DNA of 64,000 bases from a virus. The stretch is taken from the IMG/VR virus record IMGVR_UViG_3300045988_169645, one strand, 5' to 3'. A program made the translations under genes and the position numbers. The notes below the pieces were generated by a model, which made no database searches, was not told where the DNA came from, and saw nothing but the letters and a program-made list of their open reading frames with translations. Shown one piece after another: positions 39,286-49,569 of the stretch (its first letter is position 1; every line of letters begins with the position of its first letter).

Positions 39286-40458
39286 TTAATTCACTCCCTT
39301 CAATAACTTAATCAATTCTGACTTCAACTCCTGTGCATTAGATGAATCTGCATAATATCTTAACTTATGAACACAAGTATATTCGATATTCTTAAGAATA
39401 GGTGAAGCCTCACTACAAGGAATAACTCTACCTAAGTTATCATCAACAATCATTACAGTTGAGTCATCAGTATCTCGTCTAAAAATATTCTTTCTTGGTG
39501 TGTCACATAGAAGATATTTACCTAACTTTCTATCAACTAATGCTTTAATTTCTGCATCAAACTCCCCATCATATATTACTTGAAGCTTATTATCTTGTAA
39601 AAACTTAAGCTTTCTAACATACTTTGTGTCATCCAATGAAAGGAACTTCTTAACATCATCTGGATAACTACCCCCTGGTAATAAAGACTTCATAGCATTA
39701 CAATACTGAAATCGAAGAATACGCTCTTCTGGATTCATATAGACTTGACTAAACATATAATACCTTGCTAAAATAAAACCTTCTAATGCCTGAATACCAT
39801 CTTTCTTTAATGCTATATCATAAATTCCATTCTCATTTTTAACTACAGTAAGATTATTTATAATAGCGTCTCTGTCAAACTTACCATAAGATACCCCACA
39901 GTTGATAGCGTCACGCTCAAGATAATCCATTTTATCGGCATCTATAAATCCATCCATAAAACTATGCAATGCAATCAAATGTGTATCCGATAAATAAGTA
40001 AGCCCCTCGCCATTATAAACCTGATTTATTAAATCCCAAGCTTCACAGTCATAATTATGAGCAAGAATTATATTCTTTTTCTCATATTCGAGGATATCGG
40101 TTAATCTCTCCTCGTGTGAAATAGAAGATAACTCCTCGCTTGCATGACTAAATGGTGAGTGTCCTAAATCGTGTACTAAAGCCATCATTCTCAATAGTTC
40201 TAAATCACCTTCACGATAGAACTCTGGACAATTTTTAATTACTGCTTTATACATATCAGTTACGCATTTGCAAACTCCCAAAGAATGCTGAAATCTCGTG
40301 TGAGTAGCACTTGGGTACTCGTATTCTGCAAAACCTAGCTGTTTAATATATCGTAATCTGTCAAAAGACTTACTATTTATTAACTTCATTTCTGCATCGG
40401 AGAACTCAATATCGCCATGAATTTGATCTCGCTTAATCAAAATATCACCAACTTTCAC
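39286..40458 (-). CDS. HD-domain dNTP triphosphohydrolase (Dgt/SAMHD1-like)
   Basis: FDRLRYIKQLG ... FQHSLGV ... LVHDLGHSPFSHASE ... DADKMDYLERD are the dGTPase/SAMHD1 signature blocks. Confidence 0.8.
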   Translation of the reverse strand: MKVGDILIKRDQIHGDIEFSDAEMKLINSKSFDRLRYIKQLGFAEYEYPSATHTRFQHSLGVCKCVTDMYKAVIKNCPEFYREGDLELLRMMALVHDLGHSPFSHASEELSSISHEERLTDILEYEKKNIILAHNYDCEAWDLINQVYNGEGLTYLSDTHLIALHSFMDGFIDADKMDYLERDAINCGVSYGKFDRDAIINNLTVVKNENGIYDIALKKDGIQALEGFILARYYMFSQVYMNPEERILRFQYCNAMKSLLPGGSYPDDVKKFLSLDDTKYVRKLKFLQDNKLQVIYDGEFDAEIKALVDRKLGKYLLCDTPRKNIFRRDTDDSTVMIVDDNLGRVIPCSEASPILKNIEYTCVHKLRYYADSSNAQELKSELIKLLKGVN

Positions 40459-40553
40459 AAAAAATAAAATGTATAAAAGTAATACAAAAGCTACCCCTTT
40501 AACTTAAAATAAAAAGAGCTAGGCGTTTAACCTAGCTCTCACAATTACTTAAA

Positions 40554-41960
40554 TTATAAACTTCTTAAAGCATTTATCATTGCTGATACCTGACTAAATG
40601 TTTCAGAGTAGCTGCTACCCCTACACTGCAAGTTTTTACCTAACTTTTGACTTGCCTCATCAGCTTTCTCACCCTGAATCCAGACATTATAATGATACTG
40701 TGCTCCTCCGTCCGGTTTCTCGTACTCAAGCTGTATAGCCATATAAGCATCTGCTTCTACATCTGTTGCACCTATACGGCTTAAAATACTCCAATCAAGA
40801 CCTAAATATCTTCCTTCATAAATACCATCGTCAAAGATGCTATGCCCGTCATCCATTTCTTCTCCAGTTGTAGATGCATTAGCATTTCCACAAAGGTCTT
40901 TAATGCTCTTAAATAATTTCTGATAGTCTTTATAAGCTGACTGACACTTACCGAGAGTACTATGGATACAACGCAAAACTGCATTAGTTGTAGGTTCTAC
41001 CTTAATATCGAAATCATAAGACTCTTTAATAAGATTACGGAATAAAACATACATTTCGTTATTCTCAGTCTTCGTAACCCCACAATAGAAGCCATTGTAT
41101 AAAAATCTCTTTCTGCTTGAATCATCTGGCATAAACCAAACAATACCCATCTCATCTAAGTCATAATATTCACAATTAAGTTTTACCATATTATGCTTTT
41201 CGTGTAATGCATCAAGACCTTTCTGAAAACTATGCATAATATCTACTACTTTAGGAATTGCATACACTTTCTTACAATCCTCGATAGTAAATGGCTTTGC
41301 TGAGTTAGCTTTAATGCCTAAACTACCCCAACCTCCAATATTTAAATCATATGTTCTTGCAAACACTGTATTATTAGTAGGTGAACAATCGGCTAAGTTT
41401 GGCTGACCATTTACTAATGGTGCTACCAAGACATCTCCCATATTATGTCCATCTGAATTAGGATTATTTACCTGTAATACCTGCCCCCAACCAGTCTTAT
41501 ATACACCAACATACTGACTAGGTATATAAATACCCATTGCCTGAGCTGTTTGCTCTGCAGCTCTGGATACTGTAAACCAGCCTTTAGGAATTTTTGTTAT
41601 TGCTGTTCCATTTACATTCGTGTATGCTGACTTTAATTTCTCTTCTTTTACAGTCCATAACTCTCCTGCTGTGCCACAAAGGGTAATGCATTCTCCGTCA
41701 GTCTTATAACAACCACACTGATTTAAAACCTGCATCAAATCTGTGTGCTGTCTACATTCATCTACAGTAGAAATATACTTGCCTAATACTTTCTTCATCG
41801 CATTAAAACTATCTGGCTGTTCTAACTTATTTGCAAATACAATATCTTTAGGCATCTTACAAGCAAAAATATTATATTGCTTTCTCTTACAATTTCTCCA
41901 CTTCTGATTTGTCTGGCTCATTAACTGAGCCAAGACCTGTGGGTCATTTAAATTTAACAT
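40554..41960 (-). CDS. hypothetical protein, paralogue A (shares N-terminal about 230-aa domain with the downstream-on-plus neighbour)
   Basis: Shared blocks NCKRKQYNIFACKMPK / ITLCGTAGELWTV / NGQPNLAD. Confidence 0.5.
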   Translation of the reverse strand: MLNLNDPQVLAQLMSQTNQKWRNCKRKQYNIFACKMPKDIVFANKLEQPDSFNAMKKVLGKYISTVDECRQHTDLMQVLNQCGCYKTDGECITLCGTAGELWTVKEEKLKSAYTNVNGTAITKIPKGWFTVSRAAEQTAQAMGIYIPSQYVGVYKTGWGQVLQVNNPNSDGHNMGDVLVAPLVNGQPNLADCSPTNNTVFARTYDLNIGGWGSLGIKANSAKPFTIEDCKKVYAIPKVVDIMHSFQKGLDALHEKHNMVKLNCEYYDLDEMGIVWFMPDDSSRKRFLYNGFYCGVTKTENNEMYVLFRNLIKESYDFDIKVEPTTNAVLRCIHSTLGKCQSAYKDYQKLFKSIKDLCGNANASTTGEEMDDGHSIFDDGIYEGRYLGLDWSILSRIGATDVEADAYMAIQLEYEKPDGGAQYHYNVWIQGEKADEASQKLGKNLQCRGSSYSETFSQVSAMINALRSL

Positions 41961-41984
41961 AATTTCCTCCTACTATAATAACTA

Positions 41985-44273
41985 TTAATGTAAATACTTC
42001 ATATATTTAAAATTATTTCCAAATATTAATAATAATCTACCACTTAAATTATGTGCAACTATAGGTATGGAAAAACTTAAATCTACATTTGAATCAAGTC
42101 CATGACTACATTCCTTACCATCATTTGCTATATAAGTACAAACGAGTAAAGTACTTACTTCTTCCAGAACACCTCTACTACTTAGAAATGCCAAAGATCT
42201 TGTTGTGGCTGATGTAGACTTTGTATAATCAAAATTTTTATAATTAAAGTCTATAACAAATGTACGAGTACCTACAATACTATTTGTACTTTTTGCATAA
42301 ATATTAAATCTAACTTTAACCTTAGTTGCATCTCCTGTATCTATATCAATAATCTCTAATCTAAACTGTTCAATATTCTCATTCGCAAGACTAAATACCT
42401 GCTTAATAGTAGCTTTTGAACTATATAGAGTTCTCAATGGATTTAACTTAAAAAGTCTACATAAATCTATAAAGATTAAACCAGAAACTTTATCTACCCC
42501 TCGTCCTATTCCTATCATATAATCTTTGTCGAAAACTTTACCACCTGAACGAGCAGAAACAGTTACTGCTAAATCTTTTTCATCAACTTTAACAAATAAC
42601 GTACAAGAATCTATTTTTGAGTCAATATCCTTACCCGGTTGTGCATTTTTATGTATTCTTAATCTAAAGTTACTTTTACTACTTTCCTTAACACCATATA
42701 TAGCTTTAGCATCATCCTCATTAATCTCTGCATTTAAACAAGAAAATATTCGTTCTAAACTGTAAATTAAACCTTTAACTATATTTCCCTTTGGTACAAT
42801 AGTACTCTTTGCTAAATAAGCATCTAATTTAGAGAAAATAAGCTTTGATGCTGTAATACAATTACGACCAAAATTATCACTACTACAGTCTCTACTAAAT
42901 ACCACTACTAAATCTTTACTTGCTGGTAGAGTAACATGACTAGCGGTCTCATGTCTCTCACGCACACCTATACCATCTTTAAATATATCTAAATACATAT
43001 ACTGATGAGGTATATTTGACTGAAACCAAAGAGTATAACATAACTGTCCTCCAACAAATCCAGACTTAACAACATTACTGTTATAAAACCAAGATAAACT
43101 GGGACTAGAAATAGACATAACAGCACTATATTCTAAATAATTAAATAATGCTTTAGAATACTCTTTTGCAGAACAATTCTTTCCGATATATGCTCCAGCT
43201 CCTAATAAATTTGCGACTCCAACATTAAGCATTCTATCTAAAAAGTTACCACAAGTAATCTTAGCATTAGTTGAAAGTTCATTATTTACTACCCCTTCTG
43301 TAAAGATTACTTCCATCATATCACTAATATTTAGCTTTATTCCACTTTTTGCTAAATTAGCACCCCAATTTCCTAAAACATGAGAAGCTTTAACATTAAT
43401 CTCATGCTTATATTCATTCTTATGCTGACTATAGTATGATGGAATTTGTTTAGGAACTAAATCGTTATAAATTTCAGAGTATGAAAAATAAAGATACTTA
43501 CATAAAATATCATTATACTCTCTTATAGTTAACTTACCTGACTTATCCTTTGCACTAACCAGCTTAGGTAAGTCTGCTATAGTCATACTATTCTGTGCCT
43601 GTTTCAAACAATCTGTCCAACCTTGATTATTATAAGTAGCTGCGAAAACTTCTCCATTGACTACCCATCTATCTGCGAGATTTGGCTGTCCATTTGGTAA
43701 CTTAGAGCAAACAATGAAATCACCTTTACCATGACCAACATTAAATCCGTTATAAGCTAGGATACTACCCCTTGATGTCTGAACTTGTCCATGCTGACCT
43801 GATGGTACAAAGCAAGCCATATTCTGACCTGCAGTTGCTTGAGCTGAAGTTCTAACTACAGTCCAATCAAGATACTTACCCTGTAATCTTGCATTCAAAG
43901 TCTGCTGATTTATAGCTAAAGGCTGACCACCTTGCATAAATGTATAAGTACCTGCTAACTTATCTGCTGGTACTGCCCACAATTCGCCTTGTGTACCACA
44001 TAATACAAAAGGTGTAGAATCTGTAACAGCATAAGCCAAATTCTGAGCAACTAATTGCTGTAAATAGCTTAACTTCTGCGGGTCATGCTGCTGAAGTCTT
44101 TTAATATCCTCAACTGTAAAATATTCCGCACCAACTCTTCTTGCAGTCTCGTGCTGTTCTAACTTATTGATGACAATAGTATTCTTAGGTGGCATACAAA
44201 CATAAATTTCATACTGTTTCTTTGCACAATTCTTGTAGGAACTAGGGTCATCTATATTTACCTGTACTCCCAT
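41985..44273 (-). CDS. hypothetical large protein, paralogue B (762 aa)
   Basis: Same N-terminal blocks (NCAKKQYEIYVCMPPK / FVLCGTQGELWAV / NGQPNLAD) plus an about 500-aa unique C-terminal region. GGAGG ribosome-binding site. Confidence 0.5.
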   Translation of the reverse strand: MGVQVNIDDPSSYKNCAKKQYEIYVCMPPKNTIVINKLEQHETARRVGAEYFTVEDIKRLQQHDPQKLSYLQQLVAQNLAYAVTDSTPFVLCGTQGELWAVPADKLAGTYTFMQGGQPLAINQQTLNARLQGKYLDWTVVRTSAQATAGQNMACFVPSGQHGQVQTSRGSILAYNGFNVGHGKGDFIVCSKLPNGQPNLADRWVVNGEVFAATYNNQGWTDCLKQAQNSMTIADLPKLVSAKDKSGKLTIREYNDILCKYLYFSYSEIYNDLVPKQIPSYYSQHKNEYKHEINVKASHVLGNWGANLAKSGIKLNISDMMEVIFTEGVVNNELSTNAKITCGNFLDRMLNVGVANLLGAGAYIGKNCSAKEYSKALFNYLEYSAVMSISSPSLSWFYNSNVVKSGFVGGQLCYTLWFQSNIPHQYMYLDIFKDGIGVRERHETASHVTLPASKDLVVVFSRDCSSDNFGRNCITASKLIFSKLDAYLAKSTIVPKGNIVKGLIYSLERIFSCLNAEINEDDAKAIYGVKESSKSNFRLRIHKNAQPGKDIDSKIDSCTLFVKVDEKDLAVTVSARSGGKVFDKDYMIGIGRGVDKVSGLIFIDLCRLFKLNPLRTLYSSKATIKQVFSLANENIEQFRLEIIDIDTGDATKVKVRFNIYAKSTNSIVGTRTFVIDFNYKNFDYTKSTSATTRSLAFLSSRGVLEEVSTLLVCTYIANDGKECSHGLDSNVDLSFSIPIVAHNLSGRLLLIFGNNFKYMKYLH

Positions 44274-44322
44274 TTTGTTACCTCCGTATTTAAATTATTG
44301 ACGTATAAATTAATTCGAAATG

Positions 44323-44356
44323 CAAAAAAGAAAACGAAGTTCTCTACTTCGTTTTC
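44323..44356 (-). terminator. Rho-independent terminator (minus strand), perfect 11-bp stem
   Basis: GAAAACGAAGT-agaga-ACTTCGTTTTC followed by TTTTTT on the minus strand. Confidence 0.7.
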
Positions 44357-44380
44357 CTTCTTCTAAAATACTATATAAAC

Positions 44381-44644
44381 TTAAATACAAGTTGACTGCT
44401 CTTCTTTTGTAAGAGTATCATATAGTCTTGTAAGGTCTGCGATTTCTGCCTTTTCCACTATTACAAGTGCCTTAAGACTCTCAACCCTTCGCTTCTTAAA
44501 TGGGACAAACTTTCGTTCCAATATAGTATGTAACTTTGCAGAGTCAGCAATAAACTGATTAGTTAATTTTGCTAAACGCTGTAAGCAATTCTCCTTGACC
44601 TTTTTCTGCTCCAAATAATTATCCATCTGAATTACTTTACCCAT
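44381..44644 (-). CDS. hypothetical small protein
   Basis: 87 aa ORF between a promoter and a terminator. AAGGAG ribosome-binding site. Confidence 0.5.
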   Translation of the reverse strand: MGKVIQMDNYLEQKKVKENCLQRLAKLTNQFIADSAKLHTILERKFVPFKKRRVESLKALVIVEKAEIADLTRLYDTLTKEEQSTCI

Positions 44645-44682
44645 GACTTTCTCCTTTTAAGTTCGATTTATTTTACATTGAT

Positions 44683-44711
44683 AGTATAGCACATAACTAT
44701 ACAAAAGTCAA
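44683..44711 (-). promoter_or_regulatory. sigma-A-type promoter (minus strand): TTGACT - 17 nt - TGcTATACT
   Basis: Minus-strand read TTGACTTTTGTATAGTTATGTGCTATACT. Confidence 0.55.
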
Positions 44712-44731
44712 TAGTAAATCAAACTTTTTAT

Positions 44732-45118
44732 TTAATCCTGATAAATATTTTTTGCTTCTAGCAAAATACGCTTCAGAGCTGACTCATTATCTAATGATAT
44801 GATATACTGTGGTTTGAAATAATAGCCATAATACAATATCTTATCGCCAAAATAATCTCTTGCTGTATCTTTGTAATCTTCAAAGAAACCTGAGTTATTG
44901 TCGACTAAAGCATACTTATTACAAGTTATAGGTACAACTTCTACCTCATCAAAGTCCATATACTGAACTATTTCGATATCAGCTACCCCCAGAGATTTTG
45001 CTTTGCTCTCTGTAACTGCACAGGTATAATCTCCACCTAAAGAAATTGTATAACCTACTGTGACTTTCTCACCATTATTACTAAATACTAATTTATTTAA
45101 AATTTCAAACTCTTTCAT
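44732..45118 (-). CDS. hypothetical small protein
   Basis: 128 aa ORF immediately downstream of a consensus promoter. GGAG ribosome-binding site. Confidence 0.5.
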   Translation of the reverse strand: MKEFEILNKLVFSNNGEKVTVGYTISLGGDYTCAVTESKAKSLGVADIEIVQYMDFDEVEVVPITCNKYALVDNNSGFFEDYKDTARDYFGDKILYYGYYFKPQYIISLDNESALKRILLEAKNIYQD

Positions 45119-45146
45119 AGGTATCTCCTTTCAATCTTCTATAATA

Positions 45147-45175
45147 ATTATACCACAAAACTTAATAAAAGTCAA
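45147..45175 (-). promoter_or_regulatory. near-consensus sigma-A-type promoter (minus strand): TTGACT - 17 nt - TGgTATAAT
   Basis: Minus-strand read TTGACTTTTATTAAGTTTTGTGGTATAAT. Confidence 0.6.
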
Positions 45176-45363
45176 TAGAAAACAGATAACTAATAAAATA
45201 ATGTGTTAAAAACAGCAAACACATTTTTGAGCTTGATGAGAACTAGGTTGAGCAAATAACCTTACAGTTTTCAGAAAATTTACATACAGAAATTATAACA
45301 AATCAATAAGTTCAAACAGCCTGAAAAATCAATCTCAAAAAGTTCCTAAAAACTAGAGCTTTA

Positions 45364-45711
45364 CTAATCTCTAATCTTTATATCCTTATACTCAACTTGT
45401 GGTTCATCACTAAATTGTAGCCACATAAAATCATCAAATTGCATACCATGAGTCTTTCTACATATAGCTTCTGGGTCATAAAAATCTACCCCTAAGTCGT
45501 ATAACAATTCTCTAGCGTTTGCTCTTTCTCTTGGAAAACATCTACTCTCATAAAATTCTTCTAAATCTTCATAAGTTACTTTAGTTCTTACACCAAAAGC
45601 AACTAATAGAACTTCATCTGAATAATTTTCAAAAGTAACTTCTCTACCTCTAACGTGTATTTTAGTTAAAAGTTCGTCTTTATAATAATAATCTACGTCA
45701 TAACTAATCAT
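45364..45711 (-). CDS. hypothetical protein
   Basis: 115 aa ORF. AAGGAGG ribosome-binding site. Confidence 0.45.
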   Translation of the reverse strand: MISYDVDYYYKDELLTKIHVRGREVTFENYSDEVLLVAFGVRTKVTYEDLEEFYESRCFPRERANARELLYDLGVDFYDPEAICRKTHGMQFDDFMWLQFSDEPQVEYKDIKIRD

Positions 45712-45723
45712 AATTTCCTCCTT

Positions 45724-45761
45724 ATAAAAAGACCAGTAAATCCAATCGAACTTACTGGTCT
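45724..45761 (-). terminator. Rho-independent terminator (minus strand)
   Basis: AGACCAGTAA-12 nt loop-TTACTGGTCT (10-bp stem) followed by CTTTTTAT on the minus strand. Confidence 0.5.
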
Positions 45762-45782
45762 CATATTTAAGAGCTATTCCTT

Positions 45783-46352
45783 TTACATTTCTTCTCCATA
45801 ATAAAGTTTAACAACTGTATTGTAATAACCTGCTTCCGGCTCATCATAACTCTTTAGCTCGAACTCTAACTGATGTGTCTTTCCATCATTATCCTTAAAC
45901 TTATAAAAATCGCTATGACTCGTGGACTCTGTTGACTCCGTTGAGTCTGACTCAACTTTTTCACTATTACTTTCTATATATGACCTTATTTCATCTACCC
46001 CTTTGTCGTACTCATCTTTGTCCTTAAACGAGATTACAACCTTATAACAAGCAATTAAATCCTCATCTTTTCTCGAATAGTCAAATTCGTAGTTAGCTTC
46101 ATAATCTAAAAACTTATCTGTTGTGGTTGTCTCTGATGGATTTCCAGCCGCATGATGACCATTTTCTCTAACTTCATAAGTTAGATTATGCTCTTTGATA
46201 TAGTTTTCTACATCTTCTGCTGTCGATTTTGCAGGTATAATTTCTGTGAGGATTGTTGATTTTGCTTTACCTCCACTTGATGAACCACAACCTGCTAATG
46301 TTCCTACTACCATGACTGCTGATACAATCGCACATAAAATTTTCTTCTTCAT
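45783..46352 (-). CDS. lipoprotein
   Basis: Signal peptide with lipobox MKKKILCAIVSAVMVVGTLAGC. Glu/Asp-rich. Confidence 0.55.
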   Translation of the reverse strand: MKKKILCAIVSAVMVVGTLAGCGSSSGGKAKSTILTEIIPAKSTAEDVENYIKEHNLTYEVRENGHHAAGNPSETTTTDKFLDYEANYEFDYSRKDEDLIACYKVVISFKDKDEYDKGVDEIRSYIESNSEKVESDSTESTESTSHSDFYKFKDNDGKTHQLEFELKSYDEPEAGYYNTVVKLYYGEEM

Positions 46353-46431
46353 AAATTTTCCTCCAATAATTTATTCATTTATATAGTTTATGCAAAAGCT
46401 TTATAAAATATACCAGATATTGACAAATTTA

Positions 46432-46695
46432 TTAACCAAATTTATATCTTGAATCCTGACAACGAAAATCAAGATTAAAACTTCTTATGTTATTATAATT
46501 AAATGAGTAACATTTATTATCTCTTGCAGTAATTTCAATTTCTTGATTTCCTAACTTTTTAATACTGCCTTGAATATTTGAACCATTAGTAAGAAATAAA
46601 GTAACTGTATCTCCTACAAAACATTTCTTATCATAATACTTTTCATTCTCGGCATCTAATGATAAACAAGTAACTCTTTTCAAACAAACTCCCAT
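46432..46695 (-). CDS. hypothetical small protein
   Basis: 87 aa ORF. Confidence 0.4.
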   Translation of the reverse strand: MGVCLKRVTCLSLDAENEKYYDKKCFVGDTVTLFLTNGSNIQGSIKKLGNQEIEITARDNKCYSFNYNNIRSFNLDFRCQDSRYKFG

Positions 46696-46708
46696 ACTAT
46701 TCTTCCTC

Positions 46709-47356
46709 CTAACAATTAAAGAACTGCTTAAATAAATACTGACTTAACTGACTTTTATCAAAATCAATTTCTGGATGCCACTGGACTCCAAAAACTTTCT
46801 CATCGTACTGAACCATTTCAACTACCCCTTCCTCTGCAGTTGCAAGAAGTTTTGCGTTCGGTGCAATGTCTTTTACTGCCTGATTATGAAAAGACCTAAC
46901 TGTATCTGAGTTATTATACTTAAAATCATCAGTAAAAATAACTGGATGTGAGATACCCCTGTGGTTTTGTACATTACATAATGTGCCTCCATAATATACA
47001 TTTAAGCACTGAATACCAAAACATATACCAAAAATACTTTTATTCTGTTCATTAAATACTCTAATGACACCTCGTGTGAAAGAATAACCATCTTCTCCTG
47101 AATAACTCTTATCACCAGTATAATATAAAGGATTAACATCTTCTCGACTACCTGTTAAAATTACACCTTTACACTTATCTGCAACAACTTCAAGACTTTC
47201 TTTATTGTAAATAGGTAAAAGACAAATCTTTCTTTCAGAAGTGCTCAACTTCTCCGCTATTTCAAAGAAACAATTAGGTATCTGGGCTACTGTAGCAAAC
47301 TCTCCATCTCCAAAGCTCTTAACTCGCAAGGTAATTGCATAATAATCTACTTTCAT
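46709..47356 (-). CDS. class I glutamine amidotransferase-like protein
   Basis: IFGICFGIQCL (nucleophile elbow G-x-C-x-G) and FGVQWHPE (His/Glu of the triad). Confidence 0.65.
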   Translation of the reverse strand: MKVDYYAITLRVKSFGDGEFATVAQIPNCFFEIAEKLSTSERKICLLPIYNKESLEVVADKCKGVILTGSREDVNPLYYTGDKSYSGEDGYSFTRGVIRVFNEQNKSIFGICFGIQCLNVYYGGTLCNVQNHRGISHPVIFTDDFKYNNSDTVRSFHNQAVKDIAPNAKLLATAEEGVVEMVQYDEKVFGVQWHPEIDFDKSQLSQYLFKQFFNC

Positions 47357-47368
47357 TTAAAAATCTCC

Positions 47369-48475
47369 TTAAACTATTTTTAAGTATAGACACCTCTTGT
47401 AAACTTCATCAAAAATATGTTTGTACTCCGAGTAACTACCCCTGAGTTTATTAAACTTATTAATATTTAAACCTACATTAGAGTAACTTATATACTGTTC
47501 TGCTAACTGTCTAAGAGTTTCTTTACTGTTAAACATCTGACTAAGTGTATCTTCGGCACTTCGACCAAAATAATCCACTACTAATGCACAATTAAAATCA
47601 AATATAGGTGCTAGGCTAACTATCTCATTAGTTTTATTATCAACTAGAAAACCATAGTTCTGTGTATGTCTATCAGTATTTACTAAGATGAAATCCAAAA
47701 CTGGTATATCTGCAAGATTTCTATCTAAACTATACATATACTGTCTGAAATTTATATTATAAGTGTTGCAGTATTCAATAATTTCCCAAGCTTCAACAAA
47801 AGAATAGTCATCTGTAATAAAATTCTTACACTTACTTACATATAATTTTCCTACTTTAGTATTTCTCACTCTACCAGTATATTCAACTACACTCAAATTA
47901 GTATCAAAACACTCTAATATTTTAGATGCTAAAACTTCCATTCTCGTACTGATATTATTCTGAAAATTATCAGACTTTAACAAATATAAATCATTATCCT
48001 CTCTTATCCAACACTTTCTAAACAGACCATGAGTAGTCAGCTCAGGACAGATACTATTTTCTGTAATAGTAGGGTTTATACCTAATAGAGAAATTTCTAA
48101 TATCTCTTTAAAATGCTTATGTCTTATATTTACATCTACATATTTTTCATTCTCGTTCTTTGCTATCCAATAGCAATCCTGAATAGCTACCCCTTTACAA
48201 GCTAGACATATCTTTACTCGAGTCTCGATATCATCTAACTGTGGTATTTGATACATAGTATAAATCTGCTTCGCATTAGCTCTACTTAGGCTTAAAACTC
48301 GTCGACTTAACCAACTCTTCAGATATTGAATATTTCTTAACAAATCCCTCGGGTTAACACTCTTTACAAATTTACCCTGCAAACTATATGGTAAAAATTG
48401 TTCATTTATCACTTCGACAATAAAATCATCAAAGTCAAAATATAAAACTGGAGTATCTGCGAACATTAAATACAT
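47369..48475 (-). CDS. HipA-like Ser/Thr kinase domain protein
   Basis: VNTDRHTQNYGFLV (HipA catalytic loop NxDxHxxN) and LAPIFDFN (HipA LxPxYD motif). Confidence 0.55.
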   Translation of the reverse strand: MYLMFADTPVLYFDFDDFIVEVINEQFLPYSLQGKFVKSVNPRDLLRNIQYLKSWLSRRVLSLSRANAKQIYTMYQIPQLDDIETRVKICLACKGVAIQDCYWIAKNENEKYVDVNIRHKHFKEILEISLLGINPTITENSICPELTTHGLFRKCWIREDNDLYLLKSDNFQNNISTRMEVLASKILECFDTNLSVVEYTGRVRNTKVGKLYVSKCKNFITDDYSFVEAWEIIEYCNTYNINFRQYMYSLDRNLADIPVLDFILVNTDRHTQNYGFLVDNKTNEIVSLAPIFDFNCALVVDYFGRSAEDTLSQMFNSKETLRQLAEQYISYSNVGLNINKFNKLRGSYSEYKHIFDEVYKRCLYLKIV

Positions 48476-48480
48476 AATAT

Positions 48481-49569
48481 CTACCCCTTTATTTTCTTCA
48501 TTCTTTCAGTCATTTCTCTTCTATCAAAAGCATAGTCAAGAGCTGTATCTCTAGTTATCACCTTTTTCTTGTATAAGTCTAGTATGGTTGAGTCCATACT
48601 CACCATTCCTTGGTCAAGAGCTTCCTTTGTTAAGAGATAATCTGGAATTTCATCAACACGTTTATCCCTAATCATACGCTGTAACTCTTTATTTTTGAAC
48701 ATAACCTCAAATGCTACAACGTACCCTTTTCCATCGGCTCTAGGTAATAACTGCTGAGATACAACAGCTTCTAATATAGCACATAACTGACTTCTTACCT
48801 GATTATGCTGTGCTTCTGGGTACATATCAATAATACGATTTATAGTATCTGCTGCACCTAATGTATGAAGTGTACTACAAACCAAATGACCTGTTTCTGC
48901 TGATTGTAAAGCAATCTCTGTAGTCTCCAAATCACGCATCTCACCGATAAGAATAACATCTGGGTCTTCACGAAGTGCTGCTCTAAGCCCATTAGCGAAA
49001 CTATCACAATCTGTACCAATCTCTCGTTGATTTATAATACTTCTCGAATGCCAATGTAAATACTCGATAGGTTCTTCAAGTGTAATAATATGCTTATATA
49101 AGTTCTTATTTATAATATCCAAAAAACTTGCCAATGTAGTAGACTTACCTGAACCAGTCGGTCCGACAACTAATATCAAACCTCTACGCTTCTTATATAG
49201 ATTAAATACATTCAATGGTAAACCTAATTTTGTATAACTTGGAACTGTTTCATTAAGAACTCGAAATACCCCTGCTAAATCGCCTTTTTGCTTAAAAACG
49301 TTGCACCTCAATCTTGCTACGCTATGTACAGAATAAGCAAAGTCATATTGCCCATTTGTATTTAATATTGATTTAGCTAAAGTATCTAGCAATGGGAAAA
49401 AAAGAGTCTCAGCTATATTCGGTGTAATTATCGCATAATTCATATTTTGTAACTCACCATGTATTCTAACTCTTGGTTGTGCACCTACGCTTATATGTAA
49501 ATCACTACCCCCCATTTGTACTGCTTCTGTAATTAATTTATCTATATTATTGGCAATCTCCATAATCAA
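48481..49569 (-). CDS. pilT: PilT-family (type IV pilus retraction / secretion) ATPase
   Basis: GLILVVGPTGSGKSTTL (Walker A). IITLEEPIEY. DPDVILIGEMRDLETTEIALQSAETGHLVCSTLHT. 362 aa, PilT size. Confidence 0.85.
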   Translation of the reverse strand: MIMEIANNIDKLITEAVQMGGSDLHISVGAQPRVRIHGELQNMNYAIITPNIAETLFFPLLDTLAKSILNTNGQYDFAYSVHSVARLRCNVFKQKGDLAGVFRVLNETVPSYTKLGLPLNVFNLYKKRRGLILVVGPTGSGKSTTLASFLDIINKNLYKHIITLEEPIEYLHWHSRSIINQREIGTDCDSFANGLRAALREDPDVILIGEMRDLETTEIALQSAETGHLVCSTLHTLGAADTINRIIDMYPEAQHNQVRSQLCAILEAVVSQQLLPRADGKGYVVAFEVMFKNKELQRMIRDKRVDEIPDYLLTKEALDQGMVSMDSTILDLYKKKVITRDTALDYAFDRREMTERMKKIKG

